NCBI GenBank assembly: GCA_031266805.1
Contig: JAISAH010000084.1
Coordinates: 4,952 to 68,951, forward strand
Direction of reading: 5' to 3'
Length of the DNA: 64,000 bases
Source: Gracilibacteraceae bacterium
GTDB lineage: Bacteria; Bacillota; Desulfitobacteriia; Desulfitobacteriales; Syntrophobotulaceae
Position 1 is the first letter of the stretch, and every line of letters begins with the position of its first letter. Under the pieces are notes generated by a model that did no database searches, was not told where the DNA came from, and worked only from the letters and a program-made list of their open reading frames with translations. The position numbers and the translations under genes were made by a program. Below, in pieces: positions 19,572 to 26,938 of this stretch.

Positions 19572-20576
19572 ATGACACTTAAAGATATTCTGTATGTCAC
19601 TAAAGTAGCGGAGTTTTCCAGTTTTAGCCAGGCGGCCGAGTCGTTATACATCAGTCAGCCTGCTCTCAGCCAGTACATTATTCGGCTGGAAAAAGAATTG
19701 GGTGTGACTCTCTTTAACAGGGCCAAAAACAGTTGCCTGAGTCTTACTCCGGCCGGCGACCTCTTGGTCAGCGAAGGCGCAAACCTGTTGAAACACGCGC
19801 AAGAATTGCAATATAAACTGACGCATTTTGATACACAAGGCAAGGCTGTTTTGCACGTTGGGACGACCCGGCTTTATAGCCGGCATTATCTATCCCGGGT
19901 CTTATCCTCCTTCCATCTTGTTTCCCAGGCGGAAGTCTGCGTGGAGGATATGGTTTCCGCGCTGGAAGCAGAAAAAATGACAGCCTCCTTTGATTTGGAT
20001 CTCTGTTTAGTTCCCTCGCCGGTTATCGTGGACGGATTAGATTACCAAACAATATCTCAAGAAGAAGTATTTTTGGCTATTCCCAATAAACAGATTGAAA
20101 AACTCCAATTAAGCGATTGCTCTGCAATCCAGTCTGTTCCAGCCATTGATCTTTCTCAACTCAGGGAGGCGCCGTTCATTTTTTTAAAAAAGCATTCACG
20201 CTTTACGGCTCAAGCCTTGGAGTTATGCCATGAGGCGGGGTTTGTCCCCAATATTGTTTTTGAGACGGTCAGTTGGGATACTCTTTACTCATACGTAATG
20301 AATGGTCTGGGCGTCGGCTTTGTTCCCGAAGTACTTATTGATCAACGGAACAGTGACGCTGTCACTTTCTGCCGCTTGCGCGAAAAAAGAATCCTTCGGT
20401 CGCTGGTCATGGCTTACCCGGGAAGCACCCCTCCTTCTTTGGCTGCGTTGGAGTTTATCGAAACTGCGAAAACTGTTATTGGGCGAATCATGATGGAGAA
20501 GCAAAATTCGGTTTCTTTTGCAAAAAGCGATTCAGAATCAGGGACATCACGCCGATCAAAACGCCGAAAAGACTGA
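19572..20576 (+). CDS. LysR-family transcriptional regulator, divergent from the catabolic genes
   Basis: N-terminal HTH (FSQAAESLYISQPALSQYIIRLEKELGVTLFNR). The last 30 or so codons are antisense to the TRAP permease 3' end, so the tail is probably non-native. Confidence 0.85.
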   Translation: MTLKDILYVTKVAEFSSFSQAAESLYISQPALSQYIIRLEKELGVTLFNRAKNSCLSLTPAGDLLVSEGANLLKHAQELQYKLTHFDTQGKAVLHVGTTRLYSRHYLSRVLSSFHLVSQAEVCVEDMVSALEAEKMTASFDLDLCLVPSPVIVDGLDYQTISQEEVFLAIPNKQIEKLQLSDCSAIQSVPAIDLSQLREAPFIFLKKHSRFTAQALELCHEAGFVPNIVFETVSWDTLYSYVMNGLGVGFVPEVLIDQRNSDAVTFCRLREKRILRSLVMAYPGSTPPSLAALEFIETAKTVIGRIMMEKQNSVSFAKSDSESGTSRRSKRRKD

Positions 20577-22377
20577 TGTACCAAGATGGATATAAAAGCA
20601 GGAGACCGCCTGCCACGCTGCAAAAGCGCAATGGCATTTTGATTAATCGATCGAAGAATCCAACCATACCAACACCAATGAAATATACGCCGACCACCGC
20701 GGTTACGACGGCGATCAGGTTTTCTACCGGAGTACTCCTTAGCAGCAGCGCTTCGTTTTGCACAAAGAAAAAGGGGACTACAAAGGCGGGAAGGGCAATC
20801 CCCACAGCGGTAAACCCGGTTTTTACCCAATTGGCGCCGGATATAGCCGAAGCCATGTAGACCGCTGAACAAACAGGCGGGGTAATCGTAGCCAGCGCTG
20901 AGAAATAGATCATGAACATGTGAGCGACAAAAGTATTTACTCCCAAGGAACTCAAGGGCGGCACCAAAATGGCGGCGGCAATCACATAGACAGCGGCTGT
21001 CGGCAGTCCCATGCCAAGAATGATGCAAACGATCATGGAAAAGAAAAGACACAGGAAAAGGCTCGATTGACCCAACCCAACAATCCAGTCTGATATTTTG
21101 ATGCCAATACCTGTAGTATTGATTAATGAGATACTAATCTGCGCTCCTGTCATTAGAACTGTCATATCCACTATATTTTTGGCGCCGTTGTTCGATAAAT
21201 TGTAAAGCATACCGCCTGTTTTTACAGCAATAGCTTTCGGGTTCTTCTCCGCAGACAGGAAGACTGCGATATAGGTGGCAATGCCCAACAACGTCGCGTA
21301 ATACGCGGAGTACATGACGCTGTAACCGCGAAAAACAAAAAACATAAACATGGTGAGCGGCAGCAGGATTACTAAAAGCTCTCTGACATTAATTTTTTCT
21401 TTGGCGTCAATACCCATTATCCCATGGCGTTTTGCGTAATAATGGACGCAAATAAACACGCTGCCAAAGTAAAGCAGCGCCGGCACAATGGCCGCCTTCG
21501 CTATTGACAAATAACTTATTCCTAAAAGCGAAGCCATAATGAAAGCGGAAGAAGCCATGATCGGCGGCATTATCTGCCCGCCGGTCGATACCACCGCTTC
21601 CACGGCCCCCGCCCAAACCGATTTGAAGCCGGCTTTCTTCATCAGCGGGATAGTGAACGTCCCAACCGCCACCACATTTCCCATTGCGCTGCCGGAAACC
21701 ATCCCAAAAAGACAACTCGCAACCACAGCAACTTTACCCGGCCCGCCCACCATTCTTCCTGTAGCCATCAACCCCAGCTTGATGAATGTGTCAGCTCCGC
21801 CGGTTATGCTCAACATAGCGGCAAAAATACCGAACATAGCCAGCAAAGTAGCGGCTAATCCCACCATTGACCCCCAAAAACCGTTTGACATATGATATAA
21901 AAACTGAAAGAGATAATCAAAAGAAAAGCCTTTATGCCGCCAGCCGGGAGGGAAATATATGCCATATTTTGCATAAATCAGCAGCACGGCGCCCATTATC
22001 GGAAAGATCCAGCCAATCGCCCGCCGGCTTGCTTCCAAAATCAGTATAAATAAAAGGATCGCCCAAGCTTTATCAAAATAGCTGAACCACTGCAAAGGTC
22101 TGAGCAATAGATCTTTATTGTGGAATACAATATAGAGGCAGGCAATGATCGATAACAATGACAACGCGATGTCATAAGCCGGCACTTTCTTATTATCGGC
22201 GCTTTTTTTATTAATCGGCTTCAAGATAAAGCACATTCCGAGTACAAAAGCTAAATGGATAGGTCTTTGAATCAGGTCTGACAGAAGCCCTGTGGCGGTG
22301 ACATAGAATTGAAACAAGACCAGTGCGACAGAAGCTATGCCGATGATTAATTTCCAATTTTTGCTTAATTCTCGCAT
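20488..22377 (-). CDS. TRAP transporter fused permease (TAXI-type, DctQM-like)
   Basis: 629 aa, highly hydrophobic multi-span protein. Adjacent to a TAXI-type binding protein. Confidence 0.85.
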   Translation of the reverse strand: MRELSKNWKLIIGIASVALVLFQFYVTATGLLSDLIQRPIHLAFVLGMCFILKPINKKSADNKKVPAYDIALSLLSIIACLYIVFHNKDLLLRPLQWFSYFDKAWAILLFILILEASRRAIGWIFPIMGAVLLIYAKYGIYFPPGWRHKGFSFDYLFQFLYHMSNGFWGSMVGLAATLLAMFGIFAAMLSITGGADTFIKLGLMATGRMVGGPGKVAVVASCLFGMVSGSAMGNVVAVGTFTIPLMKKAGFKSVWAGAVEAVVSTGGQIMPPIMASSAFIMASLLGISYLSIAKAAIVPALLYFGSVFICVHYYAKRHGIMGIDAKEKINVRELLVILLPLTMFMFFVFRGYSVMYSAYYATLLGIATYIAVFLSAEKNPKAIAVKTGGMLYNLSNNGAKNIVDMTVLMTGAQISISLINTTGIGIKISDWIVGLGQSSLFLCLFFSMIVCIILGMGLPTAAVYVIAAAILVPPLSSLGVNTFVAHMFMIYFSALATITPPVCSAVYMASAISGANWVKTGFTAVGIALPAFVVPFFFVQNEALLLRSTPVENLIAVVTAVVGVYFIGVGMVGFFDRLIKMPLRFCSVAGGLLLLYPSWYISLFGVLIGVMSLILNRFLQKKPNFASPS

Positions 22378-22443
22378 TTAAAGCACTTCTCCTTTGGGTT
22401 TCCTCTTAGGTTTCCTCCGAAAAAAGGCGCGAGGAACCAGACC

Positions 22444-22473
22444 GCAGCTGCCGCTATGCCGCGCGGCAACTGC
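22444..22473 (-). other. Intercistronic stem-loop between the TAXI binding-protein and permease genes
   Basis: GCAGCTGCCGC-8 nt-GCGGCAACTGC (one mismatch). On the minus strand a T-run follows about 18 nt downstream (plus-strand A-run near 22420-22425). Confidence 0.3.
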
Positions 22474-22504
22474 TGACCTGATTTTCTAAAAAGCTTAGTT
22501 CAGT

Positions 22505-23542
22505 TCACTTCACAGGCTGGTATTCGGGAGGTATCAATTCTGCGGGAACGTCACGCCCGTTTTCCACTAACCATTGGACAGCCCCGGCGTGCAGCGGGAT
22601 CGGCGAATTCAATAACAGTTCGACTTCATCCTCGGCGGCATAAGCGGGAGTGATTTCCGCCCAGACGCTTTTGCCGTCGCCATAAACGGCTTTAATAAAC
22701 TTGTATCCATCTTCCTGAGACACGGCGGCGGAAGACTGGCAACCCTGCATCACCCTCACTGTCCGCACATCTTCGGTCAGGTCGTCATATTCTCCGGCTT
22801 TTATAACTCCGGGTACCAGAAATGGCATCGCGTCAAGACATTTAGCCATCAGTTCGTCAGATACAGGCAGAATGCGAACAGGAATCACTGACGCCATTTG
22901 CAGATGCGTGCTATTGGGTATGGAACCGGAAACTGCCAACCCAACGATCTGTTTGTTGCCGTAGGCGTCTACCGCATCATTCTTATTGCTTTCATAAGGG
23001 AGAACCTTGGCGCCGGAGATGTCAATGATTTGTTCAGTGATTTGAGCCATGGAGGTTCCAACGCCGCCAAAATTATAGCGTTGTCCATCCAACTCAGAAA
23101 AAGTCGTTATCCCGGATTCTTGAGATACAAGCACCTCAATTACCGTCATGCCATAGTACCATAGCACGCGGCTGTCCTTATTGGGATCTCCCTCAAAGGC
23201 TCCTGTTCCCATGTAGTTTTCAAAATCTGAGGAAGCTACGCCATTACCAAAATCCACCTCGCCAGAACGAATTCGATTTGCGATGTCCATAGCCCCCTGG
23301 GTCTCTGAAACTGTAAACTCATATTCCGGGTAAACTGAAGAGATTGCTTTGCCAATGGCCACCCAGTAAGGGTAAATAGCTGTTGTGGCCGCACCGGAAC
23401 CAATAGTCATATACTTGGTTTGCACAGTCGTACCTGAGTCTTGGCCGCCAGAGTTTGCCGGGCCGCTGCCGGCGCTCGTACCGCAAGCCGTTAGAGCGAC
23501 GGCTGTAATGATAACAAACAGCAAGATAGCTATCCTTTTCAT
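22505..23542 (-). CDS. TAXI-family TRAP solute-binding lipoprotein
   Basis: Lipobox ALTAC GT, then MTIGSGAATTAIYPYWVAIGKAIS...SETQGAMDIANRIRSGEVDFG, typical of TAXI. TAGGAGG lies 6 nt before the ATG at 23542. The ORF-track TTG start lies in the RBS. Confidence 0.8.
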   Translation of the reverse strand: MKRIAILLFVIITAVALTACGTSAGSGPANSGGQDSGTTVQTKYMTIGSGAATTAIYPYWVAIGKAISSVYPEYEFTVSETQGAMDIANRIRSGEVDFGNGVASSDFENYMGTGAFEGDPNKDSRVLWYYGMTVIEVLVSQESGITTFSELDGQRYNFGGVGTSMAQITEQIIDISGAKVLPYESNKNDAVDAYGNKQIVGLAVSGSIPNSTHLQMASVIPVRILPVSDELMAKCLDAMPFLVPGVIKAGEYDDLTEDVRTVRVMQGCQSSAAVSQEDGYKFIKAVYGDGKSVWAEITPAYAAEDEVELLLNSPIPLHAGAVQWLVENGRDVPAELIPPEYQPVK

Positions 23543-23552
23543 CCGTAACCTC

Positions 23553-24266
23553 CTAATCAACTCTCAGACATACTGGGTTTTGTCCATTTACAGTCATGCC
23601 GCCGTCAAAGACAAACTTGACTTCATTTTCTTCCATAGGCACAACTTCACGACTAAGCTCATTAATCCTTAGGCGGCAGTCATGGCCAGGCAGCAACACA
23701 TTCGCTTCGGGCATTATTTTCTGCAAATTCCGGCTAACGGCAGAGTTGTTTGTAAGCCCGGATTGCAACTCTCCGCGATTCTTTATCGCGTCGCCAAGTA
23801 TGGCCATCTTGTCAGAACCGCAATCCAAAACATAGGTTACGCTGCCTGGAGTATGCCCCGGTGTAAAGAGTGCTTTAACCCCAGGAATTATGGTCTCATG
23901 GTCCTTCTTTAACAGTTGCTTTTGAAAACTGTTCAAAGCTTGAATGCTCCACTTAGAAATGGCAGTGTCCTCACTTGAGTTTGCGTAAATCCACTCTGTT
24001 TCGGAGAATACATAAAGGGCGTCGGGAAAGAGGTCGCAATTCATAATGTGGTCATAATGCAAATGTGTGAGAAGGATCATGTTGATTTCTTGTAACGAAA
24101 TACTTCTTTTTGCCAGTTCGCGCAGAAGAGGCCGTCTGGCCATAGGAGCGCCCAGATCAACCAGGATTTTGTACTTATCAATGGAACAGAGAACAATTGA
24201 GGACCATGAAAGACCGCACCGATCAGGAACACCAGGGAAGCCCATGAGCAACAATTCCGCCGTCAA
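23553..24266 (-). CDS. MBL-fold metallo-hydrolase
   Basis: LLTHLHYDH motif with downstream TPGHTPGS. TTG start preceded by GAGGAGG. Confidence 0.8.
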   Translation of the reverse strand: MTAELLLMGFPGVPDRCGLSWSSIVLCSIDKYKILVDLGAPMARRPLLRELAKRSISLQEINMILLTHLHYDHIMNCDLFPDALYVFSETEWIYANSSEDTAISKWSIQALNSFQKQLLKKDHETIIPGVKALFTPGHTPGSVTYVLDCGSDKMAILGDAIKNRGELQSGLTNNSAVSRNLQKIMPEANVLLPGHDCRLRINELSREVVPMEENEVKFVFDGGMTVNGQNPVCLRVD

Positions 24267-24305
24267 TGTTTCACCTCCTCTTCTTTGCCTTGATAGCTGG
24301 TGTTA

Positions 24306-24605
24306 TTAGACGTCAATTTCCAGCAAAAATTGGCTGAGCGTCTTTCCATGCGGGTCAATAGCCAGCGACCGGGTAACACCTCCTCCTAACGCACCATGCA
24401 TAACAAAGTTCAAGGCGCCAATGGAAGGGATCTCATACCGCAAAACATCTCCGTGAACGATATCTTTAAAGAAGTTTTTGACTCGCGTCGCCGTGATTTT
24501 GTCAGCAATCAGTTCATAGTCTTTCATATTGTAAACGATTACTGAAATATTAGAAATATCGCCTTTGTCACCCGTTCGCGAATGAGCAATTTCGAGCAAT
24601 TTCAT
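24306..24605 (-). CDS. DUF4387-like small partner protein of the AtuA-like protein
   Basis: 99 aa: MKLLEIAHSRTGDKGDISNISV.... Directly abuts the stop of the upstream 447-aa gene. This pairing is the usual DUF1446/DUF4387 arrangement. Confidence 0.6.
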   Translation of the reverse strand: MKLLEIAHSRTGDKGDISNISVIVYNMKDYELIADKITATRVKNFFKDIVHGDVLRYEIPSIGALNFVMHGALGGGVTRSLAIDPHGKTLSQFLLEIDV

Positions 24606-25949
24606 TTAAACCTCCATATACTCCACATTGATGTTCACGTCTTCACCCGGAATCAAAATCGACAGAACGCTAACCACTCTTTTTACGCTTTCAACGCGCC
24701 CGCCACCTCCGCCTGGGCCGTTTAAGACATTGGAACCGCATTCATATATTATTTCTTCTGCTATTCTTTTATTCTTAACTCTTATGCTTACTCGCGCTCG
24801 CACTTCAGAAAGCGCTTGTTCACATGGCGGTCTCCTGCCTGGCAGCAAGGAATTGATTCCCATAATGTCGCTTCGCAGTTCTTGTACGGATTCCCCATAC
24901 ATTGCTTCCACCCGTTTTTTAACGCTCGCGACTAGGAGTTCGGCCCGTTCAACGCATTTCCAGCCGCCGTAACTGACCTCAATAGTGGCGATATAGCTGT
25001 CCAGATAGCCCACGGAGACCTTGAGGGTATCCGGTTTAGGCTTGCCAGTCACACCGGTCACTTTCACTCTGTCTTTTGCGATTTCCTCAAAAGATATTTT
25101 GCTGCAGTCAGCAATAACATCCGGAGTTAAATAATTTGCCGGATCATGGATTTCATATAATAGCTGCTCTTTGCAAGTCGCTGTTGTCACACAACCGCCG
25201 GCTTCTTCCAGCTTGGTTATAAAAACTTCTCCCCGCTCATTTATTTCAGCAATTGGAAACCCAAGATTCCAGAGATCTGGAACTTCTTTTTTTCCGGGTA
25301 CAGCGAAATATCCGCCCGAAACCTGAGCGGAACACTCTATCAAGTGACCGGCGATAGCGCAAGTCGCGGTCTTATCTAAAGAGTTCCGCCAACCAAATCG
25401 GTATATCGCGGGCGCCATAAAAAGCGCTGTATCTGTGCTGCGTCCGGTGATGACCACATCAGCGCCGTTCTCTAAGGCTTCATAAATACCTTCATAACCA
25501 ATATACGCATTTGCTGATACAATATAGTCTTTCAGATCTCCTAGTTTCAGATTCGGTTTTTCCATGAGCGGACACTCATAGTATTTATCAATTCTGCTAA
25601 AAATATCATCCCCATAGACAGCTGCAACTTTTAACGGCAGTTGATGTTTGGCGGCAATCTTGACAGCCAGCTCCGCCGCCGCTCGAACATTTGCCGCCCC
25701 CATATTTGTTATGACTTTGACATTGTGCTGATAAGCCAAGGGCAGTGCTTTTTCCAAGCGATATTCAAGCATCGTGTTATAGCCTTTGCTCGGATCTTCG
25801 AGCTTTCTCAGTTGCGCTAAAGAAATCGTTCTTTCCGCAAGGCATTCGAAAACAATGTAGTCTATATTGCCTTTAACAATTAGGTCCAGTGCCGGCTGAA
25901 GACGATCGGTTTCCATCCCCGCTCCCGCGCCAATGCGAATTGTTTCCAA
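24606..25949 (-). CDS. AtuA-like (DUF1446, acyclic terpene utilisation family) protein
   Basis: 447 aa: IRIGAGAGMETDRLQPALDLIVKGNIDYIVFECLAERTI.... Size and N-terminal pattern fit DUF1446. TTG start after AGGAGG. Confidence 0.65.
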   Translation of the reverse strand: METIRIGAGAGMETDRLQPALDLIVKGNIDYIVFECLAERTISLAQLRKLEDPSKGYNTMLEYRLEKALPLAYQHNVKVITNMGAANVRAAAELAVKIAAKHQLPLKVAAVYGDDIFSRIDKYYECPLMEKPNLKLGDLKDYIVSANAYIGYEGIYEALENGADVVITGRSTDTALFMAPAIYRFGWRNSLDKTATCAIAGHLIECSAQVSGGYFAVPGKKEVPDLWNLGFPIAEINERGEVFITKLEEAGGCVTTATCKEQLLYEIHDPANYLTPDVIADCSKISFEEIAKDRVKVTGVTGKPKPDTLKVSVGYLDSYIATIEVSYGGWKCVERAELLVASVKKRVEAMYGESVQELRSDIMGINSLLPGRRPPCEQALSEVRARVSIRVKNKRIAEEIIYECGSNVLNGPGGGGGRVESVKRVVSVLSILIPGEDVNINVEYMEV

Positions 25950-26124
25950 TGTTTACCTCCTGTGTTCATGAACAGTTTTCCTTGTGTCGAAAGAATTATG
26001 ACAGTCTTTTCGAACTATTGCAAATATTAAAATTCAATGCTGGATATAACACAGAGTTATACTGAGAGTTTCATTCACACGATAACGCCGCGGCCGCATG
26101 GTTATTTTTTCCACAAACAAAGTA

Positions 26125-26154
26125 TTGCGTTTAGCCTGTAAATGATGTTATAAT
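26125..26154 (+). promoter_or_regulatory. Candidate promoter of the His-rich/cooT/EBP operon
   Basis: TTGCGT, 18 nt, extended -10 TGtTATAAT. Confidence 0.45.
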
Positions 26155-26158
26155 AATC

Positions 26159-26178
26159 TTGAGTATCAGTATACTCAA
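26159..26178. promoter_or_regulatory. Perfect 8-4-8 palindrome TTGAGTAT-CAGT-ATACTCAA at the predicted transcription start
   Basis: Read directly. It sits 5 nt after the -10 element, in operator position. Confidence 0.35.
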
Positions 26179-26207
26179 AAGTTATATTAGGCGAGCGAGG
26201 AGACGGC

Positions 26208-26735
26208 ATGAATAAACCTGAACACTCACATGAGCATAATCATGAACACTCGCATGAGCATAATCATGGACATTCGCATGAGTGCGGTCATAATCACGAA
26301 CACCCGCATGAGCATAATCATGGGCAGTGCGGTCGCACCCACGCAAGTGTTTATTCTCACGGCCATGGGCATGAACACTCGCACGAACACAGTCATGAGC
26401 ATGAGCATTTTCATGAGCATGACGGCGAACAGCACGCTCACGGGCATAGCCACGCGCACGGGCATGATCACACACACAGCCATGCGCACGACCACGATCA
26501 CGAGCACAAACATGAGGCTGAATCCGAGGAAATAACGCGGATCCGGGCTATGATGAAATATTTGCTGGTCCACAACCAAGAACATGCCGCCGAACTGACG
26601 GATATGGCGAGCGTTTTGCGCGGCGCCGGGCATACGGCGGCGGCGGCCAAACTGACTGACGGCGCCGAGGGACTGAGGCGCGGCAGCGGCGCGCTGGCGG
26701 AGGCGCTGGCGTTACTGGGAGGGGGAGAAGGCTGA
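26208..26735 (+). CDS. Histidine-rich metal-binding protein (CooJ/Hpn-like by composition)
   Basis: About 100 N-terminal residues are almost entirely H-x-H repeats (HSHEHNHEHSHEHNHGHSHECGHNHEHPHEHNH...). A helical C-terminal domain of about 70 aa follows. The DNA is a degenerate tandem repeat of about 24 nt. The stop overlaps the cooT ATG. Confidence 0.8.
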   Translation: MNKPEHSHEHNHEHSHEHNHGHSHECGHNHEHPHEHNHGQCGRTHASVYSHGHGHEHSHEHSHEHEHFHEHDGEQHAHGHSHAHGHDHTHSHAHDHDHEHKHEAESEEITRIRAMMKYLLVHNQEHAAELTDMASVLRGAGHTAAAAKLTDGAEGLRRGSGALAEALALLGGGEG

Positions 26736-26929
26736 TGTGTTTGTCGGCGGTGTATACGACCGAGACGGACGGACAGCGCAATTTGGTGTGCGAGAGCGTC
26801 AGCGAGGTAGACGTAAAAGGGGATACGGTCGTTTTGACCGATATACTCGGCCGGGACGTCACGGTGCGCGGCGTCATCACCAAAATCGACCTTATCAGGA
26901 ATAACATTTTAATAGGAAAACCGGTCTGA
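26735..26929 (+). CDS. cooT: CooT-family nickel-binding protein
   Basis: 64 aa beginning Met-Cys (MCLSAVY...), with the pattern ...V.EV.V.GD.V.L.D.LG....V.G.I..IDL..N.I.I shared with Rhodospirillum CooT. Confidence 0.72.
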   Translation: MCLSAVYTTETDGQRNLVCESVSEVDVKGDTVVLTDILGRDVTVRGVITKIDLIRNNILIGKPV

Positions 26930-26938
26930 TAAAGACGT

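Noticed and set aside
20414-21052. 212-aa minus-strand ORF in an alternative frame of the TRAP permease gene
   Set aside because: It lies entirely inside the 629-aa permease ORF, which has the expected hydrophobic multi-span character. The alternative frame is Cys/Arg-rich with no start context.
13700-26200. Calling the low-GC block a mobile element or genomic island with defined ends
   Set aside because: I could recognise no integrase, transposase, tRNA target, flanking direct repeats or conjugation genes. It is reported only as a compositional anomaly.
26182-26633. ORFs antisense to, or out of frame with, the His-rich gene (26182-26475, 26226-26633, 26230-26535)
   Set aside because: They are artefacts of the CAT/GAG-rich repeat being open in several frames. 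Only the plus-strand frame at 26208 has an RBS, continues into a non-repetitive domain and is coupled to cooT.
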